Positions 1-10,178 of a DNA stretch of 64,000 nt are shown here, piece after piece. A program made the position numbers and the translations under genes. The stretch lies in assembly GCA_965226795.1 (NCBI GenBank), contig CBDDDZ010000005.1:992001-1056000 (forward strand), in the 5' to 3' direction. The notes under the pieces are model-generated. The model did no database searches. It was not told the origin of the DNA and saw only the letters and a program-made list of their open reading frames with translations. This DNA is from Candidatus Latescibacterota bacterium (lineage in GTDB: Bacteria; Latescibacterota; UBA2968; GCA-2709665). The first letter of the stretch is position 1. Each line of letters begins with the position of its first letter.

Positions 1-2
1 GT

Positions 3-668
3 TTTTCGTACGTCAATCAGGTTTCATGGCGTGATACACCGTTCATAAATGGAATTAAAGCAAGAGACCTTGTGGTTAACCTGGTACATAAATCTCTCCA
101 TCGTCTGCTGGAAGGGCGGGGATTGAAGTACAGCGACGGAAGGAGGCAATGGTATATTCCGCCTGGCCTTCTAGCGGAAGATAACCTAACCTTCACGTCT
201 CCTGACGGTAAGAAACGTTGGTTCAAGGCGGTCAGTGAACGTACATTTCATTCACGAAACGGAGGAGAGGTATACCGATACCACCTTAGCCCATCGTTAT
301 CGCTGCTGCGCGATCAAACTGATCCATTTGTGCTATTTCTTCGAAACAGGGTTTATTTTACCGATACAAATGGCAAACCCTTAGATGAACGCAAGATTGT
401 ATCGCGCCGCAAACATCTATGCAAAGCATGGTTTAACTACGAGTGGTGGGCGCGTACTCTTGGCGTAGCACAGCTACTCGCCGATGAAGATATGTACATC
501 CGTTTCGGGCCGGAGGGAGAGCAGCAACTCGTCATCAATGCAGTACCCATTTCCTTAGATGTTTCCAAAGGTATCGACGATGATCATGTTGACGAATCTG
601 ATGGGTATTGCACCACTTGGCTTGAGGGGGTCGGGTTGGAAGTTGATATTGTCTCGGTAATTGAGTGA
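3..668 (+). CDS. APAZ-domain partner of short pAgo (C-terminal part; N-terminal effector domain lies outside the window)
   Basis: Frame is open from base 3 (FSYVNQVSWRDTPF...). It contains YRYHLSPS...VYFTDTNGKPL...SRRKHLCKAWFNYEWWARTL, resembling the APAZ C-terminus of TIR-APAZ proteins (RR..K.W.N..W). It abuts the short pAgo gene. Confidence 0.8.
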   Translation, partial: FSYVNQVSWRDTPFINGIKARDLVVNLVHKSLHRLLEGRGLKYSDGRRQWYIPPGLLAEDNLTFTSPDGKKRWFKAVSERTFHSRNGGEVYRYHLSPSLSLLRDQTDPFVLFLRNRVYFTDTNGKPLDERKIVSRRKHLCKAWFNYEWWARTLGVAQLLADEDMYIRFGPEGEQQLVINAVPISLDVSKGIDDDHVDESDGYCTTWLEGVGLEVDIVSVIE

Positions 669-2181
669 GGATCCGATGTTGAGGGATATTACAATTCTCG
701 ATGAGCCAAAGTTAGAGTTTCGGTATGGGCAGCAGCTCGCCGATCCACGCGATGGACTTTCGTTATTCGGGCCTTACGGAGCCGACGCTCCGGGCCATCC
801 CGGTGCCGTATCGTACGGCGTCGTTGGCACACCCGTAGGTATTGAGCTATTCTCCGCGTGGTCGCACGCGATGGTGTGTTCCTGGACAGATGCGCCGAAT
901 GACCGTCGTCGGCTATGGCCACCGTACCCTGGATTTGAGGCAGCGTTCGCCAGCGTCTGGCGTAGCAAACCAGTATGGAAGAAGGCGTTGGAAAGTGATG
1001 AGCTGAGTGACTTCGCCAATCGCCATGATCCCTACGAACGGGTCTATTCCGTCGCAAACCAATATCTTTCAGCTGTTAAGGATTTAGAAAAGTTAGATGA
1101 GCGTGTGAGCGTCATGGTCTGCGTGGTTCCCGACGAAGTCTACAAAACATGCAGGATAAAATCGCGCGCGATCCAGCCGACAGGAGAGGTCGTTTCTAAG
1201 GTCAGACGCGACTCCCGCAAGAAACGACAACTTGAGCTATTCTCGAAGTACGCGCCGGAGCAGTACGACCTCTCGCTGGATTTTCGAAGACAGATCAAGG
1301 CAAGGACAATGGCGCATGGTGTTCCGATTCAGATTGTACGTGAATCGACGCTGAGGCTTAATGACGAGAATCCTTTTGGTTCACGGCAGCTTACACCGCT
1401 TTCACATAGAATGTGGAATCTCGCCACTACACTGTTTTATAAGGGAGGCGGTAAGCCATGGAGGCTTGCTACGGCCAGGGAAGGTGTGTGCTATGTCGGC
1501 CTTGCTTTTCGTCGGTCCGATACCCAAGACGGACCCAAGAGCGCAGCCTGCGCCGCACAGATGTTCCTTGACGATGGCGACGGTGTGGTATTCTTGGGCA
1601 ACTATGGGCCGTGGTATTCACCAGAAAAAAAACAGTTCCGCCTCACTCGTAAAGCTGCCCACGATCTGATAAAGGGCGCTCTTGATACGTACAACCAGCT
1701 ACACGGAAAAAGGCTGACCGAAGTCTTTCTGCATTCACGGTCTGATATCAATGCTGAGGAATTCGAGGGATATCGATCTGCTGCACCCGAAGGGTTGAAG
1801 GTCGTTGGCATTCGCGTGCGTCCGAATCACGACGGACCGCGATTGTACCGGCCGGACAAGAAGTGGCCGGTGATCCGGGGAACGCTGTGGCAGCATTCCC
1901 CAACGAGAGGATATCTGTTTGGATCTGGCTTCAAACCAAGGCTCGGAACCTACGATGGATGGGAGACGCCCGCACCGCTTCAAATTGACATTCAACATGG
2001 TGATGCGGATGTCGTTGATGTGGCACGCGATATTCTCGGTCTTACAAAGCTCAACTATAACGCATGTAACGCCGGTGACACCCAGCCGGTTACTGTCAAA
2101 TTCTCTGATGCCGTGGGCGAAATACTTGTAAGCAACCCGACCGTGACCGACCGACAACCCACTTTCAGGTTTTACATCTAA
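661..2181 (+). CDS. ago: Short prokaryotic Argonaute (MID-PIWI, catalytically inactive), SPARTA-clade-like
   Basis: ~506 aa. Motifs: EPKLEF..GQ..DPRDGL.LFGP, YPGFEAAF, IPIQIVRESTL-like segment, YKGGGKPWRL, CYVGL, CAAQMFLDDGDG, LTKLNYNAC, PVT.KF, C-terminal FRFYI. The DEDX tetrad is absent (GLAF, FLHSRS). Alternative ATG start at 676 with a GAGG RBS. Confidence 0.93.
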   Translation: MSEDPMLRDITILDEPKLEFRYGQQLADPRDGLSLFGPYGADAPGHPGAVSYGVVGTPVGIELFSAWSHAMVCSWTDAPNDRRRLWPPYPGFEAAFASVWRSKPVWKKALESDELSDFANRHDPYERVYSVANQYLSAVKDLEKLDERVSVMVCVVPDEVYKTCRIKSRAIQPTGEVVSKVRRDSRKKRQLELFSKYAPEQYDLSLDFRRQIKARTMAHGVPIQIVRESTLRLNDENPFGSRQLTPLSHRMWNLATTLFYKGGGKPWRLATAREGVCYVGLAFRRSDTQDGPKSAACAAQMFLDDGDGVVFLGNYGPWYSPEKKQFRLTRKAAHDLIKGALDTYNQLHGKRLTEVFLHSRSDINAEEFEGYRSAAPEGLKVVGIRVRPNHDGPRLYRPDKKWPVIRGTLWQHSPTRGYLFGSGFKPRLGTYDGWETPAPLQIDIQHGDADVVDVARDILGLTKLNYNACNAGDTQPVTVKFSDAVGEILVSNPTVTDRQPTFRFYI

Positions 2182-2199
2182 GAGAGGCACAGTAGTAGG

Positions 2200-5100
2200 A
2201 TGACTAAAGAAAATTCCGACAAACGCCTAATCGAAGTCGCCTTTCCGCTGAAACAGGTCTCGCTCGACTCTGTCCACGAGAAAAACGTGCGGCACGGGCA
2301 TATCTCCACGCTTCACATCTGGCCGGCGAGGAGGCCGTTAGCTGCGTGCCGCGCGGCCCTGATCGCGACGTTGCTTCCCGATCCAGGTGATGCGGACACG
2401 CGAAACGAGATCTTGGAGCGTATGGCTGGCCGCATAATTGAGAAGATCGACCGCAAGCGCGTGAACGGCCGTTTGGTTGAAAAGGTCAAGGAGGAAACGC
2501 TTGGCGGCATCCTTCACTGGAAGCGGGAAAACGACCCGAATCTCGCCTGGTTTCGCGAAGAGATCCGCAAGGCGTATGGTGGTCGGGCGCCCAAGGTATT
2601 GGACCCGTTCGCCGGTGGCGGCGCCATTCCCCTCGAAGCGATGCGCCTTGGGTGCGACGTGACGGCCATGGACATCAACCCGGTCGCTTGGTTCATCCTT
2701 AAGTGTACACTCGAGTACCCCCAAAAGCTCGTCGGTCAGACCCGCCCGCTTCCCGGCTTCGCGCTGGAGGACGCCGAATTCATGGAGGCATTCCTGAAGG
2801 CGAAAGGGTTTAAGGGTGCGAGCTTGCGGACGTTTCTGGAGCGCCTCGGCCACGGCGATGGCGGCGAAATCCAGCTCAATGCCCTGGCCCGCAACGACGC
2901 TACGCTCAAAGCGGACCTCGCCTGGCACGTGCGCGCCTGGGGCCGCTGGGTGCTGGCAAGGGCGCGCAAGGAACTGGCTTCGTATTATCCGACCTATGCT
3001 GAGTTCGAGCCGCTGGAGCCGGGCAGAAAGTTCGAGCCGCACCCCATTCGGCTGCTGGAGATCGATGATAACGGGATTCCGCAACTCAATCCGCTCAATG
3101 TCGAATTCGACGACGCCTATCTCAAGGATCCGCGCAACCCGCGCTGGGTCGCCAAACCGACCGTGGCGTATCTCTGGGCGCGGACCGTGACCTGCAAACA
3201 GTGCCGCGCAACGTTGCCGCTGCTCAAGACGCGCTGGTTGTGCAAGAAGGACCACAAGCGGGTGCTGCTGACGATGGAGCCGATGACCGACCAGACCGGC
3301 CGGCCGGCCGAGCACGGCACGGCGCAGGCAGGCGTTGTCTTCGGCGTGCAGTGCGACATCCCGAAAAACGGCGGCAACTCGGCGCAACGGCGGGAGTACG
3401 ACAAACGCATTGGAACGGGCACTATGTCGCGTACCGGCGCATCCTGCCCGTGCTGTGGCGCGATTATGACTATGGCGGACATCCGTTTCGAAGGCCGCGC
3501 CGGTCGGTTGGGCGCGACCATGACGGCTGTGGTGGTGGATGGGCCGAAGGGCAAGGGCAAGGGCAAGGAATACCGCTTGCCCACGGACCCTGAGCGTGCG
3601 GTTGCGGAAGTGCCCGAGGAACAGCTTCAGGCGCTCTATGCGGACATCCCGTTTGGGTTGCCGGAGGAACAGACGCCCAAGGCAGGAATCGGTGCGTCGC
3701 GTGCTTTTTCAGTGGACGGCTATGGCTTTGATACTTGGCGGAAACTGTTTACGAATCGGCAGCTATTGGCGGTTGGAGGGTTCGTTCTGATCCTTAGGAG
3801 ACTGATGCAAGAACTCAAAAATTGGCCGGAGAGTTGGTCCGAGGCGCTGATTGCAAATCTTGCACTCGTGAACGACCGGCTGGCCGACTACTCCAGCGCG
3901 ATTTGCTCTTGGCACAATAGTGGTGAGAAGCTTAGAAATACGTTTGGTCGCTTTGCTCTGCCTATCGTTTGGGATTATACCGAAGTCAATCCGTTGTCGG
4001 ATACCTCCGGCAACTTCCTCGGTGCGCTTGAATGGGTTTCCAAGGTGTGCGAGCATTTGCAAAAAAGCGTCGATTCAGCCCGAAGCGGAGAGAGCATTTG
4101 TGCATCAGCCATCACCTGCCCAACCAATAGTGTCGATCTTATCTTAACCGATCCTCCCTACTACGACGCGATCCCCTATTCCGATCTGATGGACTTCTTC
4201 TATGTCTGGCTGAGGCGCTCGATACCGGGATTATCTGTCGAGGTTGAGGCGGTTTTCTCCGATGCCCTTGGCCCCAAATGGGATCATGACGAAGATGATG
4301 GCGAGCTCATAGACGACGCCAGCCGATTTGGCGGCGACAAAGAGCGGTCCCGGCAGAATTATGAAGAAGGAATGGCCCGCGCATTCTGCTCTTGTCACGC
4401 TGCGTTGCGGCCTCACGGGCGGCTTGTGGTCGTGTTCGCCAACAAGCTTCCCGATGCCTGGGAGACGTTGGTAGCCGCTTTGATCCGTGCCGGTTTCGTC
4501 GTTGACGGCTCCTGGCCCATCCAGACGGAGATGATTAACCGCAACCGAGCAATTGCCTCCGCCGCGTTGTCATCATCCGTCTGGATAGTCTGCAAGAAAC
4601 GGTCCGCCATCCGCCCTGGATGGGACAATAATGTGCTCAAAGAAATGCGAGAGAATATCACCCAGAAGCTTCGAGATTTCTGGGACGCCGGAATCCGCGG
4701 GCCAGACTTCGTATGGGCTGCGACCGGCCCGGCTCTCGAAGCCTTTAGCAAGCACCCCGTGGTGAAGAAGGCAAACGATCCTAACCAACTGATGACGGTG
4801 TCGGAGTTCCTGCGCGAAGTGCGCCGCATGGTTGTGGATTTCGTCGTCGGGCGCGTATTGACACAGGTACCGGGTCAGGAGGCTGCGACCGGCCTCGACG
4901 ACGTGAGCACCTATTACCTGCTCCATCGTCACGACTTCGGCATGTATGAAGCACCCGTTGGCGCCTGCATTCTTTATGCACTGTCGTGTAACCTCTCCGA
5001 TACGGCCCTCGTCAATCAACACGATCTCCTTGCGAAGTCGGGCAAGGGGGGAGGGAGCGACGAACTTGAGGAAGACGACTCGTCCGAAGACGTCGAAGAG

Positions 5101-5445
5101 TCGAGCGGTGGTGCCAAAGTCAAGCTCAGACCCTGGAACCGCCGCGAGGGCCGCACCCTCGGCCTTGATGCCCCGGGCGGAGGCCCAGTACCCCTAATCG
5201 ACCAGTTACATAAGCTCATGCACCTGTGGCGTGCCGGTGACCAGGTCAAGGTGGACGACTATCTCGACACTCGCGGCCTCCAGCGCAACGCCCTGTTCAA
5301 TCAGATCCTTCAGGCCCTCATCGAACTGGCCGACGCTGGTTCTGACGAGCGATCAATACTAGAAGCCTTGAGCAATCACGTCGCGGCGCGGGGTGATGTC
5401 GGGAAACCGGGACAGACGCGGTTTCAGTTCGGACCGGTTAAATAA
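2200..5445 (+). CDS. DUF1156-domain adenine-specific DNA methyltransferase
   Basis: N-terminal KRLIEVAFP...HIWPARRPLAACRA (DUF1156), SAM-binding DPFAGGG, Zn-ribbon CKQC/CPCC, catalytic TDPPYY. Confidence 0.9.
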   Translation: MTKENSDKRLIEVAFPLKQVSLDSVHEKNVRHGHISTLHIWPARRPLAACRAALIATLLPDPGDADTRNEILERMAGRIIEKIDRKRVNGRLVEKVKEETLGGILHWKRENDPNLAWFREEIRKAYGGRAPKVLDPFAGGGAIPLEAMRLGCDVTAMDINPVAWFILKCTLEYPQKLVGQTRPLPGFALEDAEFMEAFLKAKGFKGASLRTFLERLGHGDGGEIQLNALARNDATLKADLAWHVRAWGRWVLARARKELASYYPTYAEFEPLEPGRKFEPHPIRLLEIDDNGIPQLNPLNVEFDDAYLKDPRNPRWVAKPTVAYLWARTVTCKQCRATLPLLKTRWLCKKDHKRVLLTMEPMTDQTGRPAEHGTAQAGVVFGVQCDIPKNGGNSAQRREYDKRIGTGTMSRTGASCPCCGAIMTMADIRFEGRAGRLGATMTAVVVDGPKGKGKGKEYRLPTDPERAVAEVPEEQLQALYADIPFGLPEEQTPKAGIGASRAFSVDGYGFDTWRKLFTNRQLLAVGGFVLILRRLMQELKNWPESWSEALIANLALVNDRLADYSSAICSWHNSGEKLRNTFGRFALPIVWDYTEVNPLSDTSGNFLGALEWVSKVCEHLQKSVDSARSGESICASAITCPTNSVDLILTDPPYYDAIPYSDLMDFFYVWLRRSIPGLSVEVEAVFSDALGPKWDHDEDDGELIDDASRFGGDKERSRQNYEEGMARAFCSCHAALRPHGRLVVVFANKLPDAWETLVAALIRAGFVVDGSWPIQTEMINRNRAIASAALSSSVWIVCKKRSAIRPGWDNNVLKEMRENITQKLRDFWDAGIRGPDFVWAATGPALEAFSKHPVVKKANDPNQLMTVSEFLREVRRMVVDFVVGRVLTQVPGQEAATGLDDVSTYYLLHRHDFGMYEAPVGACILYALSCNLSDTALVNQHDLLAKSGKGGGSDELEEDDSSEDVEESSGGAKVKLRPWNRREGRTLGLDAPGGGPVPLIDQLHKLMHLWRAGDQVKVDDYLDTRGLQRNALFNQILQALIELADAGSDERSILEALSNHVAARGDVGKPGQTRFQFGPVK

Positions 5446-5613
5446 TCAATTGCTTTCCGTACACGGCCCAGCGTGTTCCCTCTTTGCAGAAATTTTCGGA
5501 TTTGACCCGAAAGAGACTCCGATGAAGTAGGGTTTTTTGTCGACTTGTATAACAACAGACATTGGAAGGGTTTGGTCACGAACCGAACTCAAACTTGATC
5601 CGAGGATCCTAGC

Positions 5614-7713
5614 ATGAATCATCGCAAGCAAATCTCAGGCAATTTACTCGGTTCAACTCGCGCTGAAGCCGATATGCGCATGCTGGAAGAGGCCTTTGTA
5701 GAGACCAGCGACTATCTTGCCCTAAAAAATACGGACGACTTCAATTTCATTGTCGGACGTCGTGGCACAGGCAAGACCGCGCTTTACCTCAGGCTCATAT
5801 CTGCATTTTCTCAAGATAAACGATCATTTATGCACTGTGTGAAGCCCCAAGAGCACGATTCGCTCATGGTCTTGGGACTGATTCGCAAACTTGGTCTTAG
5901 TACATACGAGTCCGTTCGCTCTACGTCGAGAGTATTATGGAGAGTGTCGCTGCTATTCTCCGTGGCCGTCGATCTTTGCGGTCACTGGAAGTTCAAGGGT
6001 ACTCAAGAATGTGGAATTCTCAATGGATATCTCGCGAAGCGAAAACACCTGCGGAGACTCGGTGAACTTCAACGGTGTCACGGTATACTAAATGATCTGT
6101 CACCCTCTTTCAATCTGCCAGAGGAGTTACCGGCGCTCATCGCTTCCAAATTTGAAATGAGCACACTGGAGGCAGCAGTCAGGAAAGGATTGGATACCAC
6201 TGGTTCAAAATCAGTCTTTCTGTTCGATGGCCTTGATGAAGGCTGGGGTACCGATACCCTCTCAATTGGAATTCTTGGCGGCCTAGCAATCACGATCTCC
6301 GGTTTTCAGGACGCCGCCCTACCCATACATGGCGAGGTTTTTGTTCGTGACAACATATTCAGATCATTGGCGGCCCAAGATAGTGACTACTCCCGACACA
6401 TTGAGGGTAACACCCTGCGCCTTCACTGGGACGAAGACTCCTTGTTTAATTTTATCACAAACCGGTTACGCATCGTGCTTAATTTACAAGACGTAGAGAG
6501 TAATGTCCGCGTATGGAATCGATTCGCTCACAGGAATGTAAGAGATAGAGAGGGGTTTTATCGCTGTCTCCGGCACACATTGTACAGACCGAGAGACCTG
6601 TTGGTGCTGCTAAACAGCGCAATCGTCAGGGCCAACCGCGCGGGGCGAAGAGAGATCATTGAGGACGACATCCAAAGTACATCGAAGCAAGTGTCGATGG
6701 ATAGACTGGCAGATTTGAAAAAAGAATATGAAGGTGTTTTTCCCGGCTCGAGCATCGTAACTGATTCCCTTGTTGGAGGTGAAGCCTTCCAGACGCTACG
6801 TTACATAACAAATGGTCTTCAAAGTTTGGTTGACGGATTGGACTATTCCCAGCCACAATCTGGGGACATCGCGCTATTGGGCAATGGATCTCAGGTACTG
6901 GACGCTCTATACAGCATCGGACTCTTGGGACTGGTCGAGCCTGCGACGAGCGCTGTTAGATTCTGTCATGACGGGGCACGCTCCATTATCTCGGACTTGC
7001 CCGAGGACAGGTACATCGCGATGCACCCCTGTTACTGGAAGGCCTTGGATATTCGCGCGGGTGAAATTTCCACAGATGTTCTCGTGGAGATTCACGACGA
7101 TTACGAAGTGCGGGCTACCGGCACTGTCCCCGCACTGAGAGCGCGTCGGCTTGGCCGGTTGGTTTCGGACCTGTCAGATATTCCTCTCGGTTCCGGCGGA
7201 GCATCTGGCTTTGAAGATTGGATGTTGCGAACCTGCCGCATCCTGTTTTCGGGGTACCTGAGCAACTTTGAACTTCACCCAGCTAGCGATGGTGTGCAGC
7301 GTCGAGATGTGGTTGCTACGAACAATGCCGAGAGCGGATTTTGGAAGCGTGTACTTGACGACTATGGATCCCGGCAGGTAGTTTTCGAGGTGAAGAACTA
7401 TGAAGACCTTAAGATTGATGACTTCCGGCAATCTCTGTCTTATTCGGGTCGACAGTACGGAAGATTAGTGATTATTGTTCACCGTAGCGAGTCGGAAGCG
7501 TTGAACCAGAGAGCGAGAGGGTGGGTCAAAGAGTTCTGGGACCAACATAACACTCTTGTAATGACTATTCCGTCTGTGGTGCTTGTAAGATGTATACAAA
7601 AAACTCGGAGTCCCAAAAACAGAAAGCGTAGCTATGTTGATCGTAATCTTGGCAAACGCCTTGATACATTTGAGCGTAGTTACGTGGTGCTGCGCCATAT
7701 CAGGCGGTCTTGA
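5614..7713 (+). CDS. P-loop ATPase (Sll1717/FunZ-like) fused to a C-terminal PD-(D/E)XK restriction-endonuclease-like domain
   Basis: Walker A IVGRRGTGKT, Walker B FLFDGLDE, RPRD motif. C-terminus FE...RRDVV...VFEVKN...Q resembles an Mrr-like REase. Confidence 0.7.
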   Translation: MNHRKQISGNLLGSTRAEADMRMLEEAFVETSDYLALKNTDDFNFIVGRRGTGKTALYLRLISAFSQDKRSFMHCVKPQEHDSLMVLGLIRKLGLSTYESVRSTSRVLWRVSLLFSVAVDLCGHWKFKGTQECGILNGYLAKRKHLRRLGELQRCHGILNDLSPSFNLPEELPALIASKFEMSTLEAAVRKGLDTTGSKSVFLFDGLDEGWGTDTLSIGILGGLAITISGFQDAALPIHGEVFVRDNIFRSLAAQDSDYSRHIEGNTLRLHWDEDSLFNFITNRLRIVLNLQDVESNVRVWNRFAHRNVRDREGFYRCLRHTLYRPRDLLVLLNSAIVRANRAGRREIIEDDIQSTSKQVSMDRLADLKKEYEGVFPGSSIVTDSLVGGEAFQTLRYITNGLQSLVDGLDYSQPQSGDIALLGNGSQVLDALYSIGLLGLVEPATSAVRFCHDGARSIISDLPEDRYIAMHPCYWKALDIRAGEISTDVLVEIHDDYEVRATGTVPALRARRLGRLVSDLSDIPLGSGGASGFEDWMLRTCRILFSGYLSNFELHPASDGVQRRDVVATNNAESGFWKRVLDDYGSRQVVFEVKNYEDLKIDDFRQSLSYSGRQYGRLVIIVHRSESEALNQRARGWVKEFWDQHNTLVMTIPSVVLVRCIQKTRSPKNRKRSYVDRNLGKRLDTFERSYVVLRHIRRS

Positions 7714-8131
7714 ACTAAAGTGACCAGGTGAGTCGGACAGCCATTACGTCCTACATGCCACTATATGGTGAGTTATATCCTCATCCGAGTTTTCGGGTGG
7801 TATTTGGGACGAAGTGCAAAACACGAGATAGCGGCGAGAACGGATATCGGTGATTACGGCACTGAGAAGGCCTTCGTTGCAGAGGTGTATTGGCAATCCC
7901 AAATCTCAACCGTGCAGAACTCTCACTTCCAAAACGATACTGATTGTCTGACTTTGAAAATAGGCAAGTCAGCTCCCTGACGACAAGACTGTTCCTGCAC
8001 TCCTTATAAATAGCGAGGACGCAATTGCAATAGCAGTGTCCTGGTTACCACCTTATGTGGTTGTGAAACAACGAAAAACATCCAGGATTCTTTACATCAC
8101 TTCTTAGTCAAGTTCGAGCGAGGACTCAGAA

Positions 8132-9451
8132 ATGCCCAGGATAGAGGGTTTCAGAGTTAGAAACTTCAAGGTGCTCAGGGATGTTTCGTTGGGACGGCTT
8201 TGGAACCAACAACGAACCAGACCATTAACCCCTATGACCGCAGCAATCGGAAAAAACGGTGTGGGGAAGAGTGCTCTCTTCGACGCATTTGGGTTTTTAG
8301 CAGATGCACTCAAATCCGGCGTCGAAGAGGCGTGCGACGCACGGGGACGTGGCGGATTCGAGAAGGTGCGGTCGCAGGGTGAAACAGGCCCTATTGAGTT
8401 CGAAGTGTATTACAGACAACACGGCAACGCACGGCCGATTACCTACGAAATTGCAATTAAGGCGGACGAGTCTGGCCGCCCTTACGTAGTGCGGGAACGT
8501 CTTAGGCAAAGACGAAGAAACCAGAGATACGGCCGTCCATTCTCATTCTTGTGGCTGGAGGCAGGCAACGGCGTGGCGTGGAAAGGCGAGGAGGGGTATC
8601 AGAAGGAAGACCTTGAGTCGTTGCTTGAGAAAGCTCTCGAGCAGGATGACGTTGAGGCGAGGTTGTCGATGGTGAGGGAATTTATGGAATTGATGCGGAA
8701 GGAGGAACCGAACGATACAGAGCGCATTGAATTAAAAGATCCGCGCAGACTCGGGATAGCGACACTCGGCGCCTTGAAACAACATCCGCGAATTTCTGCG
8801 TTTAGCCAGTTTATTGAGGGATGGTATCTTAGCTACTTCACGCCGGATGCTGCTCGGAGCCTTCCCCTGGCCGGTCCCCAGAGCCGGCTCAGTATCCATG
8901 GAGACAACCTCGGAAACGTCGTTCAATTCATGGAGCGTGAACATCCGAAGCGATTCGAGACGATACTAGAAAAGATCGCAAACAAAATCCCGGGTATAGA
9001 CCGGATCGACACGGAAAGATCCAAAGACGGTCGGGTGCTGCTCCGATTCAACGACAAGGGCTTTCAGGATCCATTTTACGCACAACAAATGTCCGATGGA
9101 ACTCTTAAGATCTTTGCCTATTTGTTGCTCCTTGAAGATCCCAGTCCGCCTCCGTTTATATGTATCGAAGAGCCGGAAAATGGTCTCTATCACAAGTTGC
9201 TTGAGACGCTTGCCCACGAATTCCGCCAACACGCCAGCGGATCCGCGACCGGTTCGCAGGTCTTTGTTACCACACACCAACCCTATTTCATCGATGCTCT
9301 AGACCCAAGTGAAGTTTGGATTCTGGGAAAGGGAAGGGACGGTTTTTCAACAATTCGCAGGGCGAGCGACGATCCGATCGTCAACAATATGGTCGAGGAG
9401 GGCCTGCCCCTGGGCGGCCTCTGGTATAGCGACTATTTGGACGCGAGGTGA
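8132..9451 (+). CDS. ABC-family (AAA_21) ATPase, defence-associated
   Basis: IGKNGVGKS, signature MSDGT, Walker B ICIEEPENGL, H-loop TTHQ. No transmembrane segments. Confidence 0.85.
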   Translation: MPRIEGFRVRNFKVLRDVSLGRLWNQQRTRPLTPMTAAIGKNGVGKSALFDAFGFLADALKSGVEEACDARGRGGFEKVRSQGETGPIEFEVYYRQHGNARPITYEIAIKADESGRPYVVRERLRQRRRNQRYGRPFSFLWLEAGNGVAWKGEEGYQKEDLESLLEKALEQDDVEARLSMVREFMELMRKEEPNDTERIELKDPRRLGIATLGALKQHPRISAFSQFIEGWYLSYFTPDAARSLPLAGPQSRLSIHGDNLGNVVQFMEREHPKRFETILEKIANKIPGIDRIDTERSKDGRVLLRFNDKGFQDPFYAQQMSDGTLKIFAYLLLLEDPSPPPFICIEEPENGLYHKLLETLAHEFRQHASGSATGSQVFVTTHQPYFIDALDPSEVWILGKGRDGFSTIRRASDDPIVNNMVEEGLPLGGLWYSDYLDAR

Positions 9452-9455
9452 TCGG

Positions 9456-10106
9456 ATGCACTTTGATATACTCGTCGAAGACGCGTCTGGCAAGACGGTC
9501 CTAGATATTTTGATTCCTAAGATCATCGGGGATCAAGATACATTCAGAGTTACCAGTTACAAAGGAATTGGCCATATTCCCAGAAATCTGAAGAGTGGAG
9601 CCGATGCGTCAAAACGCATTTTGCTTGGCCAACTACCCAAGTTGCTCAGGGGGTATGGAAAGACATATGCCGGTTACGGCGCGGACTATCCTGCGGCGGT
9701 AATTTTAGTTTGCGACCTGGACAATGAGTGCCTGAAGACGTTTCGGCAGCGACTCTTCGCTGTCCTCAAGGCCTGCAACCCCAGACCGGAAACCCGGTTC
9801 TGTATTGCCATTGAAGAAAGTGAAGCATGGCTGCTCGGCGACATTTCCGCGGTGAGGGCAGCATATCCGAGACTCAAGGACAACGTGCTGAGTGGTTACA
9901 AAAATGACTCGATTTGCGGCACATGGGAGCTTCTGGCCGATGCCGTCTACACCGGTGGCTCGAGTGCACTCGAGGGTCAGGGCTGGCGGTCAGTTGGCAG
10001 GGAGAAATCTGCATGGTCCGAGAAAATCGCGCCTCTGATGGATGTGGACAACAACGCGTCGCCCAGTTTCCGTTACTTTCGAGAGAAGCTTCGTGAGCTT
10101 ACCTGA
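9456..10106 (+). CDS. DUF4276 family TOPRIM-like nuclease
   Basis: ATG 4 nt after the ATPase stop. ILVED (TOPRIM Glu), VCDLD (DxD), IEESEAWLLGD, C-terminal SPSF. Confidence 0.75.
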   Translation: MHFDILVEDASGKTVLDILIPKIIGDQDTFRVTSYKGIGHIPRNLKSGADASKRILLGQLPKLLRGYGKTYAGYGADYPAAVILVCDLDNECLKTFRQRLFAVLKACNPRPETRFCIAIEESEAWLLGDISAVRAAYPRLKDNVLSGYKNDSICGTWELLADAVYTGGSSALEGQGWRSVGREKSAWSEKIAPLMDVDNNASPSFRYFREKLRELT

Positions 10107-10178
10107 GTATCCAGTCCGAGCCCACATGGTGGCAATTGATCGTTTTTTCTCACATAGACAACAGTTCGGCGGAATGAG

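Noticed and set aside
2338..3387. 349-aa minus-strand ORF
   Set aside because: Antisense to the GC-rich part of the DUF1156 methylase; a codon-bias artefact.
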